Shown one piece after another: positions 19,769-29,800 of a stretch of 61,744 nt of DNA (the first letter of the stretch is position 1; each line of letters opens with the position of its first letter). A model generated the notes under the pieces. That model was given only the letters and a program-made list of their open reading frames with translations. It searched no databases and was not told where the DNA came from. The translations under genes were made by a program, and so were the position numbers. The stretch comes from an uncultured Bacteroidota bacterium (GTDB taxonomy: Bacteria > Bacteroidota > Bacteroidia > Flavobacteriales > Flavobacteriaceae): assembly GCA_903879645.1 (NCBI GenBank), contig CAIRMK010000210.1, positions 1 through 61,744 of the forward strand. The letters run 5' to 3'.

Positions 19769-19830
19769 AGTATGCTCAATAAACTGTGTCAAGAATAAAA
19801 CTTTAAACACCAACTCACTTGCGAATTTAA

Positions 19831-21222
19831 CTATTCCATCCCATCAATCTTTACATTCATTTTTCCGGTAGTAGTGATAAATGCAATGATAGCATTGTTG
19901 GTTAATTCTACTTTTTCAAATTCAAAATCATTCAAGGTACCGTTAACAAAAACGCCTTTCATTGGCGAATAGTTGTTCAGATAAGGCAATAAGCTTTTTT
20001 TGCCTTCGTCAAGATTTTCTTTGATGGAGTAATGACAACTTTCTTCTATTTTCTTTAAGATTACTCCTTGCAAAAGCCAATTGGCAGTTTTGGTTAAAAT
20101 TCCTTTAGAGTTTAATACATAATCCATTTGTTCAAAATAAATCTCTTTAGTAATGGCATTGTAATTTGGTATGCCACTTAAATAAATACTTCCATTAATG
20201 CTTCCTGTCATGTCAAGTGCAATAATCATCTTACCATCTTTTGCCCATAAATCTACCTTTTGCACTACAATTTTTCGACTTCCAGAGGCAAATTCTTTAC
20301 CTTGAAAATTTTTTGTAATAATGCGAGAAGCACTTTCATAGGTAGAAATAGCAGCTACAGTGGCGGTTGTTTTGTCTGGAACTTTGGTCACTGGTTTAAA
20401 TGAAATCGCCTCTTTATCAAAGGTAGCTTTGGGTTGTTCTCCTACCATAGTTTGCATGGTACATTTCAATCCCAAATCCATTTTGATTTTGTTTTTTTGT
20501 AAAACAGCATCTGTTACATACACTTCTATCGGAGTCATTTTAAACCATGTTTCATATTGTTGGCTAGTTTCAAAAGGCTTACTCATGGTTTGCAAAACGT
20601 TTAAAACATAAGGTTTGAAGTCGCATGATTTTTGAATAGCATCATCAATCTTTTTAGCCATCTTAGCTTTAAACATTGATAAGGTAGGATTGATAATATA
20701 AGTAATTGGAACTTTTTTTCCTGCCACTAAAATAGTAGGGCTTTCGCTCCATTGAAAATCTTCGATTACTGAATTCGTATTCATTTTCCAATTGGATAGT
20801 TTAACGTTACTTAATAGGATGATGGTGCCGTTGAGTTCAATCTCTCTAGTGTCATTCAATCCCATAAATTCGGTGCCGTATTTGAATTTTGCCCAGATCT
20901 TTAAAGGCAAGAAAGATTCTATTTTACCGTCTTTTTCAACAAGTTTTATGGGAGCCGTTTTCCAAATCTTCATTTCCGTTTTGTCATCTTCTAGATTATC
21001 ATCTTGATAAATCAGTCCGGATAATGATTTGTTGAGCTGATTTTCTATTTCTTTAAGCGAAATTTCCATGGGCATGCTAACAAAAGAGGTAGTAGTTTTA
21101 TAAGCCATAGGAACATTTTGAGAAGGTTCAGGTTTTAAAGAGGCAATTTTACTAGTTGAAGAACAACTAAATAGAAGGAAAAACAGGATGATATTGGATA
21201 AGTGAAGAAAAAACTTTTTCAT
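19831..21222 (-). CDS. DUF4403 family lipoprotein
   Basis: Lipobox LFSC; length and composition resemble Bacteroidota DUF4403 proteins (family from recall). Confidence 0.7.
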   Translation of the reverse strand: MKKFFLHLSNIILFFLLFSCSSTSKIASLKPEPSQNVPMAYKTTTSFVSMPMEISLKEIENQLNKSLSGLIYQDDNLEDDKTEMKIWKTAPIKLVEKDGKIESFLPLKIWAKFKYGTEFMGLNDTREIELNGTIILLSNVKLSNWKMNTNSVIEDFQWSESPTILVAGKKVPITYIINPTLSMFKAKMAKKIDDAIQKSCDFKPYVLNVLQTMSKPFETSQQYETWFKMTPIEVYVTDAVLQKNKIKMDLGLKCTMQTMVGEQPKATFDKEAISFKPVTKVPDKTTATVAAISTYESASRIITKNFQGKEFASGSRKIVVQKVDLWAKDGKMIIALDMTGSINGSIYLSGIPNYNAITKEIYFEQMDYVLNSKGILTKTANWLLQGVILKKIEESCHYSIKENLDEGKKSLLPYLNNYSPMKGVFVNGTLNDFEFEKVELTNNAIIAFITTTGKMNVKIDGME

Positions 21223-21357
21223 TTTAAAAGCAAAATTAATTTGGGTGTGAATGTAACAAAAATACTAATTTAACGTCTGATAAGGATATGTTAAATTAGT
21301 GGTATTCATTTTAAAACTCTTAAATTTGCATACTATTTTCACTTTGAATAAAAGAAT

Positions 21358-22797
21358 ATGAAAAATGCCAGCTTTAAAATAATGATGCTTATGGTATTGT
21401 TTTTGGGAATTATTGCCCGAGCACAAACCAAAAAGTGGACGCTCAAAGAGTGTGTAGATTATGCTCTTAAAAATAACATTTCCATAAAGCAAACAGAGTT
21501 AGACGAAGAAACTACAGCGATTGGTAAAAAAGCTGCGATTGGTAATTTTTTACCTACTCTTAATGCCAATGCCTCCCATTCGTGGAATATTGGTTTAAAT
21601 CAAAACATCACTACAGGATTATTAGAAAATCAAACTACACAGTTTACATCGGCGGGATTAAATTCTAATATCACTATTTATAACGGTCTTCAAAATCAAA
21701 ATAAATTAAGAAAAGCCAACCTGTCTATCATTGCAGCTCAATATCAATTGTCTAAAATGAAGGATGATATTTCTTTGAATGTAGCGAATGCTTATTTGCA
21801 GATTCTTTTCAATAAAGAAAATCAAAAAGTTCAAAATGAGCAATTAGCTTATGATGAAAAACAACAAAAAAAGAGTGAGGAAATGGTGGCCGCAGGCATG
21901 GTGGCTCGTGGCGATTTACTTGATGTAAAGGCAACTGTTGCTGCTGACAGACAAAAAGTAATTACTGCCGAAAATACGTTGTTTATTTCCAAGTTAAGTT
22001 TGGCACAATTATTACAAATAGAAGACTTTCAGACTTTTGATGTTGCTGATGTTGATTATGAAGCAAAACCAAGTCAAACGATGCTTGAAACACCAGAAAA
22101 AATTGTTGATAAAGCAAAACAAGACCGAGTTGAACTTAAAATTGCCCGAGCTAATTTAGAAATTGCTGAAAAGGATGTAAAAATTGCTAAAGGTGCCTTT
22201 CAGCCAAGTTTAGTAGGATTCTATAGTTTTAGTAGTAGAGTAAGTTATGCTGATAGGATAGTTGGATTTGAACAAAATGCAGCGTATCCAACATCGGTTA
22301 TTGGTCAGGTTGAAGCTACTGGGCAAAATGTTATACAACCAAATTATTCAACAGTTTTAGGAAAACCACTACCATTTTTTGATCAATTTAGTAGAAATAA
22401 AGGGCATAATTTTGGTGTTCAGTTGAATATCCCAATTTTAAATGGTTTTTCTGCTAAAAACAATGTTGATCGTTTAAAAATTGCTTTGGAACGAGCTAAA
22501 ACTACTGAAAAGCAAGCTGTGCTTGATTTAGAAAGAAATGTTTACACTGCAATAACTAATGCCAAAGTTGCCTTAAATGCTTACGATGCTGCTGTTGCTG
22601 CCTTTGATGCTAGAAAAGAAGCGTTCAATTACGCAAAAGAGAAATATGCTGTGGGTATGATGAATAGTTTTGATTTCACACAGTCACAAACTTTGTACAC
22701 CAATGCACAATCGGAAGTGTTAAGAACTAAATATGATTATATATTTAAAGTTAAAATAGTAGAGTTTTATTTCGGAATTCCAATCATTGAAAAATAA
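21358..22797 (+). CDS. TolC family outer-membrane efflux protein
   Basis: Signal peptide, WTLKECVDYALKNN, two OEP repeats, KYAVGMMNSFD. Confidence 0.92.
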   Translation: MKNASFKIMMLMVLFLGIIARAQTKKWTLKECVDYALKNNISIKQTELDEETTAIGKKAAIGNFLPTLNANASHSWNIGLNQNITTGLLENQTTQFTSAGLNSNITIYNGLQNQNKLRKANLSIIAAQYQLSKMKDDISLNVANAYLQILFNKENQKVQNEQLAYDEKQQKKSEEMVAAGMVARGDLLDVKATVAADRQKVITAENTLFISKLSLAQLLQIEDFQTFDVADVDYEAKPSQTMLETPEKIVDKAKQDRVELKIARANLEIAEKDVKIAKGAFQPSLVGFYSFSSRVSYADRIVGFEQNAAYPTSVIGQVEATGQNVIQPNYSTVLGKPLPFFDQFSRNKGHNFGVQLNIPILNGFSAKNNVDRLKIALERAKTTEKQAVLDLERNVYTAITNAKVALNAYDAAVAAFDARKEAFNYAKEKYAVGMMNSFDFTQSQTLYTNAQSEVLRTKYDYIFKVKIVEFYFGIPIIEK

Positions 22798-22804
22798 GAA
22801 TGTC

Positions 22805-24109
22805 ATGTCAAAAAAGAAAATTTACATAATTGTAGCGGTTATATTATCTATAGTTGTCCTTTTAGTACTATTAAAATCAAAGGGGGTTATTGGGAAGAAT
22901 GATGATTCTAAAGAAGTAGAAACTGCCAAAGCCAATGAAATTACAATTGTAGAAACAGTTTCAGCTACAGGAAAGATTCAACCCGAAGTAGAAGTAAAAA
23001 TATCTTCTCAAGTTTCTGGAGAAATTATCGACCTACCTGTAAAAGAAGGACAAGTAGTGAAGAAAGGCGATTTACTTGTGAAAATAAATCCCGACGTGTA
23101 TACTTCAGGATTAAATCGTTCGGTGTCTAATTATTCAGGTACAAAATCTGGATTAGATCAAGCAGATGCTTCTTTCAAAGAAGCACAAGCGAGTTATGAA
23201 AGAAATAAAACATTATTTGATAAAGGTATTATTTCAAAATCTGATTGGGATAAAGCAACAGCTTCTTTTGAAGTTGCTAAAGCAAATAGACATACAGCTT
23301 ATTTTAATGTACAAAGCGCTTCAGCCTCAGTAAAAGAAGCTAAAGACAATTTGGGAAGAACAATTATATATTCTCCAAATGATGGGACAATTTCTAAACT
23401 TAGTGTAGAACTTGGAGAAAGAATCTTAGGAACGCAACAAATGGCAGGAACAGAATTGTTGCGTGTGGCAAACTTAAATAATATGGAAGTTGAAGTAGAT
23501 GTAAATGAAAATGATATTGTAAAAATAAATATTGGTGATGAAACTAAAATTCAAGTGGACGCTTATTTGAAAAAAGAATTTAAGGGAATTGTAACTAGTA
23601 TTTCTAATTCTGCTAGCACAACAACTACAGCTGATCAAGTAACCAATTTCAAAGTAAAAGTGAGAATCTTAAAAGAATCTTACTTGGACTTAATTAAAGG
23701 AAAACCAGATACATATTCACCTTTCAGACCTGGAATGACTGCCACAGTGGATGTAATTACAAAAAGAAAACAAAATGTTATTGGCGTTCCAATTAGCGCT
23801 GTAGTTATCAAATCAGACACAACAGCTACTAAACCTGTTGTAATGGGAGATGACAAGAACAAAGTAAAATCTAAGAGCGATAAGAAATACGAGTGTGTTT
23901 TTGTGAAAGTAGGGGATAAAGCAAAAATTAGAATTGTAAAAACTGGAATTCAAGACGATACTAATATTGAAATTTTATCTGGTTTGAAAAAAGGAGACGA
24001 AGTGATTACAGGTCCTTATGTTACGGTGTCAAAAGAATTAAATTCTGGCGATAAAATTAAAAAAAGTACTTTACCAAAAGACAAGGATAAGGACAAACCC
24101 AAAAAGTAA
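22805..24109 (+). CDS. Efflux periplasmic adaptor (MFP, MacA-like)
   Basis: ATGKIQP, VSGEI..LPVKEGQVVKKGDLL, SPNDGTI, RPGMT, GLKKGDEV. Confidence 0.92.
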   Translation: MSKKKIYIIVAVILSIVVLLVLLKSKGVIGKNDDSKEVETAKANEITIVETVSATGKIQPEVEVKISSQVSGEIIDLPVKEGQVVKKGDLLVKINPDVYTSGLNRSVSNYSGTKSGLDQADASFKEAQASYERNKTLFDKGIISKSDWDKATASFEVAKANRHTAYFNVQSASASVKEAKDNLGRTIIYSPNDGTISKLSVELGERILGTQQMAGTELLRVANLNNMEVEVDVNENDIVKINIGDETKIQVDAYLKKEFKGIVTSISNSASTTTTADQVTNFKVKVRILKESYLDLIKGKPDTYSPFRPGMTATVDVITKRKQNVIGVPISAVVIKSDTTATKPVVMGDDKNKVKSKSDKKYECVFVKVGDKAKIRIVKTGIQDDTNIEILSGLKKGDEVITGPYVTVSKELNSGDKIKKSTLPKDKDKDKPKK

Positions 24110-24121
24110 TTTATTCTTAAA

Positions 24122-24781
24122 ATGAGTTACATTCTCAATATTGAAACTGCTACTAAAAATTGCTCTGTTTCATTGGCAAAAAATGGAGAAACTTTGATTT
24201 GTAAAGAAATTTCAGAGCAAGGATATTCCCATGCCGAAAAATTGCATGTCTTTATTGATGAAATTTTAAAAGAGTCTGCTATTGCAATGTCAGATTTAAA
24301 AGCTATAGCAGTAAGCCAAGGACCAGGTTCTTATACAGGTTTGCGTATAGGTGTTTCTTCGGCTAAAGGTTTGTGTTATGGACTTCAAATACCATTAATT
24401 GCTATAGATACCTTGAGCACTTTAGCAATTCAAGTTCAAAATGAAGACGGTTTGATTGTTCCGATGATTGATGCTAGAAGAATGGAAGTTTATAGTGCTA
24501 TTTTCAATTCAAAAAAAGAAATGATTCGTGAAGTTCAAGCCGAAATTTTAACAGAAGAAAGCTTTATAAACGAAACAGAAAAAATTTATTTTATTGGGGA
24601 TAGTAATGAAAAAGCAAAGTCTGTTTTAAACAAATCAAACTTTATATTCCTTGATAACATTATATACCCATCTGCAAACGAAATGGGTGCGATTTCGCAT
24701 ACTAAATTTTTAAAAGAAGATTTTGTAAATGTAGCTTATTTCGAGCCGTATTATTTGAAAGATTTTATGTTTGCAAAATAA
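24122..24781 (+). CDS. tsaB: tRNA t6A biosynthesis protein TsaB
   Basis: LNIETAT, HAEKL, GPGSYTGLRIG, IDARRMEVY. Confidence 0.95.
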   Translation: MSYILNIETATKNCSVSLAKNGETLICKEISEQGYSHAEKLHVFIDEILKESAIAMSDLKAIAVSQGPGSYTGLRIGVSSAKGLCYGLQIPLIAIDTLSTLAIQVQNEDGLIVPMIDARRMEVYSAIFNSKKEMIREVQAEILTEESFINETEKIYFIGDSNEKAKSVLNKSNFIFLDNIIYPSANEMGAISHTKFLKEDFVNVAYFEPYYLKDFMFAK

Positions 24782-24785
24782 TAAA

Positions 24786-25613
24786 CTACTTTTTAGAACC
24801 TTCTCTAGTAAAAGGTTGAATGATTATGCCTGCTTCATCAAAAGTAGTCTTACATTGTTCTAATACATCAGAAGAAACAGCGCCAAAATCTTCGTTTTTA
24901 GACCATGGACGAATTGCAAGATGAATAGCATTATCTGTTAAATCTTTTACTGAAACTGATGGAACTGGTGTCTGCAATACTTTAGGATGTGATTGCAGCA
25001 CTTTCATCACAATATCTTTTGCTTCTTTTATATTAGTGTCGTAAGATAAAGTAAATACCAAATCAGCCCTTCTATTGCCTTCCAAAGAAAAATTTGTGAT
25101 AACTCCATTAGACAATACTCCATTGGGAACAAATATAATTTGGTTATTGGCTGTTAGAAGTTTAGTTACAAATATTTGAATTTCTTTTACTGTGCCATTT
25201 ACTCCTTGTGCTTCTATAGTATCACCCACACGGAAGGGTTTAAATAATATTATCAGCATTCCTCCAGCAAAATTTGATAAGGATCCTTGTAATGACATTC
25301 CAATAGCTAAACCAGCAGCTCCCAAAATTGCAACAAAAGAAGAAGTTTCAATTCCAAGTTTTGAAATAAATGTTACAAAAAGTAACACTCGTAATACCCA
25401 AATTAAGATATCAGCCAAAAATTTAGATAGTGTAGGGTCTAAATCTCTTTTTATCATTATTCTCTTTACCAAATTATTGATAAATCGAATTGCATATATC
25501 CCGATAAAAAGGATAATTAATGCCGATATTAATTTTGGAGAATAGTCAACAAGGACTTTCATAAACCCTTTTATATACCCTTCTGCTGTAAAAAAATCTT
25601 TTTCTGCTTCCAT
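24786..25613 (-). CDS. mscS: Small-conductance mechanosensitive channel
   Basis: LGAAGLAIGMSLQGSLSNFAGG, PFRVGD, VPNG. Confidence 0.92.
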   Translation of the reverse strand: MEAEKDFFTAEGYIKGFMKVLVDYSPKLISALIILFIGIYAIRFINNLVKRIMIKRDLDPTLSKFLADILIWVLRVLLFVTFISKLGIETSSFVAILGAAGLAIGMSLQGSLSNFAGGMLIILFKPFRVGDTIEAQGVNGTVKEIQIFVTKLLTANNQIIFVPNGVLSNGVITNFSLEGNRRADLVFTLSYDTNIKEAKDIVMKVLQSHPKVLQTPVPSVSVKDLTDNAIHLAIRPWSKNEDFGAVSSDVLEQCKTTFDEAGIIIQPFTREGSKK

Positions 25614-25622
25614 AAATTGTAT

Positions 25623-25649
25623 AAAAAATCACGCTACAGTAGCGTGATT
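25623..25649 (-). terminator. Hairpin/terminator downstream of the dodecin gene
   Basis: AATCACGCTAC-A-GTAGCGTGATT preceded by an A-run. Confidence 0.6.
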
Positions 25650-25770
25650 AATTTTTTTCAAAGATATAATTTTTTAAATAAATTTTAATCGTCATTAACT
25701 TTTCTAGTAATAAATTTAGATTATCATTTTAAAAATAAAATTAACGTGGCTAGATTATAATCACAATCTT

Positions 25771-25971
25771 TTATTCTATTTCAAAACTTAATTTCAAATT
25801 TACTCTGTATTCAGTTACTTTGCCCTCTTTTACCATTGCGCTTTGTTCTTGAACATAAACAGAACGAATATGTTTTAATGACCTTGCGGCTTGTTCTACT
25901 GCTTTTTGTGTGGCATCTTCCCAACTTTTCTCAGAACTTGATAGCACTTCAATTACTTTTAATACTGCCAT
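25771..25971 (-). CDS. Dodecin family protein
   Basis: MAVLKVIEVLSSSEKSWEDA...EYRVNLKLSF (66 aa); start corrected to the second Met. Confidence 0.9.
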   Translation of the reverse strand: MAVLKVIEVLSSSEKSWEDATQKAVEQAARSLKHIRSVYVQEQSAMVKEGKVTEYRVNLKLSFEIE

Positions 25972-26064
25972 AATATGATAATTTAAATAATGATTAAAGT
26001 TACGATTTATTTCATTAAGCATATAGAAAAAACAGCAGAATTTAACTGTTTTTTCTATGTAATA

Positions 26065-26427
26065 TTATCCATGATATACTCGAGAAGCTACTATTACACC
26101 TTCTTTTATTTCTAAAACTTCAGCGACTAACATGTCTCCTTCATTTTGAACCGTTCTTACATATTCCATAAAGACTCTATCTGAGTTTGCGGTTAGTGAT
26201 GTGACTTTATAATTTAAGGTTGGTAATCGATCAAATGCCTCTTGCCACCAATTTCTTAATGCGTTTTTACCCATGACTAAACCATTAGTTTCTGGATGTC
26301 GTATTTTTAATTTTGGACTAAAGTGTTCAGCTTCATTATCATATAATGAAAGTAGTTTTTCTAAATTATGGGAATTAAATGCTTCAAACCAAGCATGTGC
26401 AATAGAAAGATTTTTTTGACTTGTCAT
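26065..26427 (-). CDS. SnoaL/NTF2-like protein
   Basis: WFEAFNSHNLEKLLSLY..., GKNALRNWW, SRVYHG. Confidence 0.85.
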   Translation of the reverse strand: MTSQKNLSIAHAWFEAFNSHNLEKLLSLYDNEAEHFSPKLKIRHPETNGLVMGKNALRNWWQEAFDRLPTLNYKVTSLTANSDRVFMEYVRTVQNEGDMLVAEVLEIKEGVIVASRVYHG

Positions 26428-26457
26428 AGTAGTAAAAAGAAGCCACGTTTTACGTGG

Positions 26458-27324
26458 CTAAAGGTTCTTTAAATTTATAATTTCTTGCTCTGTAAGTACT
26501 CTCCAATTTCCTCGAGGAAGATTTTTTTTAGTTAATCCAGCGAATGCAACTCTATCGACTTTAATTACTGTGTATTTGTAATGTTCAAAAATAGCACGAA
26601 CAACTTTTACATTTGGAGTTCTTAATTTAATACCGATTTCATTTTTTGGTTCATTTTCAATATAGCTTATCTCGTCTACAAATAATTTATGACCATCTAA
26701 TGTTACACCTGTTGATATTTTTTCTAAATCTTCAAATTTCAAATTTTTATCTAATGTGACTTGATAAATTTTTGTTGATTTTTGATTGGGTAAACTAAAT
26801 TTACGAATGATATCCGTATCGTTAGTGAACAATAATAAACCAGTAGTGTTTTTGTCCATTCTCCCAACAGGAGAAAGCGAAGAAGTTGAGGCGCCTTTTA
26901 TCAATTCTAAAACATTCCTATGTTCTACTTCTTCGTTAGAAGTTGTAAAGTTCTTAGGTTTATTTAAAACAAAATATTCTTTTTTTTCAGGCATCAAAGT
27001 TGCTCCATCAAAATTTACAACATCACCGGGTTTTACTTTGTAGCCCATTTCAGTTACAGGTATTCCATTTACTTTAACGTTTCCTGATTGAATATAGATA
27101 TCAGCATCACGTCTAGAACAAGCGCCAGAATTGGAAATATATTTATTCAAACGTATTTCATCCGATTTTATTGGTTTTGGTATGTTTGGAGAATCTTTTT
27201 TAACTATTGGTTTTCTATTTTGAGAACGTTTATCCATAGCAGGCTTGGGAGTGGATGAAGTTTTTTTTCTATTACTGCTTGGTTTGCTTGGCCCAGTTCG
27301 TTTATTATTATTGGAATTATTCAT
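26458..27324 (-). CDS. rRNA pseudouridine synthase (RsuA/RluB family) with S4 domain
   Basis: RLNKYISNSGACSRRDAD, LNKP, PVGRMDKNTTGLLLFTND. Confidence 0.92.
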   Translation of the reverse strand: MNNSNNNKRTGPSKPSSNRKKTSSTPKPAMDKRSQNRKPIVKKDSPNIPKPIKSDEIRLNKYISNSGACSRRDADIYIQSGNVKVNGIPVTEMGYKVKPGDVVNFDGATLMPEKKEYFVLNKPKNFTTSNEEVEHRNVLELIKGASTSSLSPVGRMDKNTTGLLLFTNDTDIIRKFSLPNQKSTKIYQVTLDKNLKFEDLEKISTGVTLDGHKLFVDEISYIENEPKNEIGIKLRTPNVKVVRAIFEHYKYTVIKVDRVAFAGLTKKNLPRGNWRVLTEQEIINLKNL

Positions 27325-27391
27325 GCTTTTAATTTTTGCAAATATACTCTTTTTGAGCTTAACTATTGTGGCTAAAATGAAAGCAAGTTTT

Positions 27392-28171
27392 TTAGAAAAT
27401 TTTCTGAATTACACTATATTTATTTTCAAGTATATCAGAAAGAATTTTTGGATTGGCATTGGTGTAAAAAAGTTGTGAGCTTATTTTGTCTATTTCTCTT
27501 AATCCAACTTTTTCTAATAATACAGCTTTAGTTTGTTTTGCAACAGCTTCACCAGAATCAATTATTTTTATAGTATTGGGTATTATGCTTTTTATCTGTG
27601 GGATTAAATAGGGGTAATGACTACAACCTAGAACCAGATAATCTATGTTGGATTCAATCATAGGATTTAGATATTGATTTAATAATTCCTTCATTTCAAC
27701 AGAATTAATTTTACCATTTTCAATTAGTTCTACTAACCCAAATCCAATTTGTTCAATAATTTGAATATTTTTAAATTGTTCTACACTTTTATAAAACAAG
27801 TCACTATTTAATGTTCCTTTGGTAGCAAGAATTCCTATTTTTTGTGTTTGAGAATGCAACGCTGCAGGTTTAATAGCAGGTTCAATACCAATAAATGGAA
27901 TTGTATATTTTTCTCTTAATTCTTTTATTGCATTTGTTGTTGCAGTATTACAAGCAACAACTATTATTTTACAATTTTGATTAAGAAGAAACTCAGTGTT
28001 TTTTATACTTAAATGAATGATTTCTTCTTTTGTTTTTTCACCATAGGGTGCATTTTTGCTATCAGCTAGGTATATGGTGTTTTCATTAGGCAACAAAGTA
28101 TGAATTTCTTTCCATATAGAAGTGCCTCCAATTCCTGAATCAAAAAGTCCTATAGGATTATTATCTGTCAT
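27392..28171 (-). CDS. murI: Glutamate racemase
   Basis: FDSGIGG, PYG, VACNTAT, LGCSHYP. Confidence 0.97.
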   Translation of the reverse strand: MTDNNPIGLFDSGIGGTSIWKEIHTLLPNENTIYLADSKNAPYGEKTKEEIIHLSIKNTEFLLNQNCKIIVVACNTATTNAIKELREKYTIPFIGIEPAIKPAALHSQTQKIGILATKGTLNSDLFYKSVEQFKNIQIIEQIGFGLVELIENGKINSVEMKELLNQYLNPMIESNIDYLVLGCSHYPYLIPQIKSIIPNTIKIIDSGEAVAKQTKAVLLEKVGLREIDKISSQLFYTNANPKILSDILENKYSVIQKIF

Positions 28172-28237
28172 AAAACAAATGTAAAAAAAAACAGCTCAAA
28201 TTAATTGAGCAGTTTTAATTATTTTAAAAGAGAAATA

Positions 28238-28738
28238 TTAAAATCCTAAGTCTTTTTTTACATCAGCAGTTAAATCTGGACCATCAGCAAGTAAAAGATC
28301 AGCAACATTTAATACATATTGATATCCTTTAGCTTTTCCTACTTTTTGAATAGACCCTTTTACTTTTTCAGTAATTGGTTTCATAAGATCCGCTTCTTTT
28401 TTCTGTAAATCTTTTTGAGCAGTTTCTTGATAATCACTAATTCTTTTAGCCATATCTTGAACTTCTTGCTGACGTGTTTGATTTACAGCATCAGTAACAG
28501 TAGTTGATTCTCCATCATATTTTTTTAATTTAGCTTGATACTCATCAACCATTGTTTTGTATTCAGCAGTATAAGTATCACTCAATTTTTTTAATTGATT
28601 TTGTGCCTCAAGAACAGCTGGCATTTTTGACATGATATCATTAACATCTACATGAGCTGTCTTTGTTTGTGCATTGATAGTTTGAAAACCAACTAAAGCT
28701 ATAGCAGCTATCAAAAAAGTTTTAAATTGTTTCATCAT
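28238..28738 (-). CDS. OmpH/Skp periplasmic chaperone
   Basis: Signal peptide, AHVD, coiled coil, DLTADVKKDLG; located downstream of bamA. Confidence 0.88.
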   Translation of the reverse strand: MMKQFKTFLIAAIALVGFQTINAQTKTAHVDVNDIMSKMPAVLEAQNQLKKLSDTYTAEYKTMVDEYQAKLKKYDGESTTVTDAVNQTRQQEVQDMAKRISDYQETAQKDLQKKEADLMKPITEKVKGSIQKVGKAKGYQYVLNVADLLLADGPDLTADVKKDLGF

Positions 28739-28768
28739 TCTAAGTGTATTAATTATTGTTTGTATTTA

Positions 28769-29767
28769 TTAAGGTTTATTGTTTTTTGCGTCTTCTTTTG
28801 TTTTTTTTGCTGCTTCTCTATCAGCTATAACTTTGAGTCTTTTTTCTTCAGCAGCTTTTTTCCTATCTTCAATTGCCTTTTTTCTATCATCAAGAGTTTT
28901 CTTCTTCGCTTCCTCTGCAACTGCTTTTTTTTCTGCTACTTTATCAATAGTGTTACTTTTTATGCTATCTTTTGCTATATTTGTTATTGGCTTATCAGAA
29001 ACTGTGCCAGTTTTTTTACCAGTCTTTTCTTCTAAAAGCTGTTTTCTTTTGGCATCGGCATCCGCTTTTTTCTGATCGGCAGCAATTTTTTTGTCTTCAA
29101 TCATTTTTAATCTATCTGCCTTTCTTTGTTCAATTAATTTCTGTCTATCAGACAGCTCAGGATTATCATCAATCATGTCTTGTTTACGTTGTTTTTCTTC
29201 ATCAAGTTTTTGCTGTTTTTTTGAAACTTGTTCTCTTTTTCCAGCACGCATTAGAACTTGAACAACTCTATCACTAATATCATGCTTTTTTGCTGCAAAA
29301 AGCATAGTTAAATCTGATGATTTGTCAAAAACATAGTCGTATTTTTTGGCATCTGCGATATCTTGAACGGCATTAAAAACTTGATCTTGTATCGGTTTTA
29401 TCAAAACAGATTTTTGGGTTATTAAATCGCCATTTGGTCCGAATTTTTTTTGAGTATATTCAATTAATTCATTTTCTTGAAATGTAATTTCCTCTTCTCT
29501 TTCTTCAATAAGTTCTTTAGTCAACAAAACTTTTTCAGTTTTTAAAGCTTCTTTAAGTTTGTTGATATCATTTTTTTTGGTCTCAATTTCTTGCTTCCAT
29601 TTTTCGGCTTTCTGATCTAATTGATTTTTAGCTTCAGCATAATCGGGTACTTTTTCAAGAATATATTCCATATCAATATACCCAATTTTAATCCCGCGTG
29701 ACTGCGATTTTACATTGTATGTAATTAATAATGATATAATTAATGCTAACGATATATATTTTTTCAT
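28769..29767 (-). CDS. OmpH/Skp chaperone with long charged C-terminal tail
   Basis: KIGYIDMEYILE, PIQDQVFNAV, YDYVFDK, then a K/E/A-rich helix. Confidence 0.88.
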   Translation of the reverse strand: MKKYISLALIISLLITYNVKSQSRGIKIGYIDMEYILEKVPDYAEAKNQLDQKAEKWKQEIETKKNDINKLKEALKTEKVLLTKELIEEREEEITFQENELIEYTQKKFGPNGDLITQKSVLIKPIQDQVFNAVQDIADAKKYDYVFDKSSDLTMLFAAKKHDISDRVVQVLMRAGKREQVSKKQQKLDEEKQRKQDMIDDNPELSDRQKLIEQRKADRLKMIEDKKIAADQKKADADAKRKQLLEEKTGKKTGTVSDKPITNIAKDSIKSNTIDKVAEKKAVAEEAKKKTLDDRKKAIEDRKKAAEEKRLKVIADREAAKKTKEDAKNNKP

Positions 29768-29800
29768 AACTTTATTGTTTAGAAATGTTAAGCAAATATA

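Noticed and set aside
19601-19798. 65-aa alternate-frame ORF over the array
   Set aside because: By-product of a stop-poor 21-bp repeat, with no plausible start context.
28727-29277. Three overlapping Phe-rich + strand ORFs
   Set aside because: Antisense shadows of the Lys-rich OmpH tail. The other short ORFs nested opposite real genes were dismissed for the same reason.
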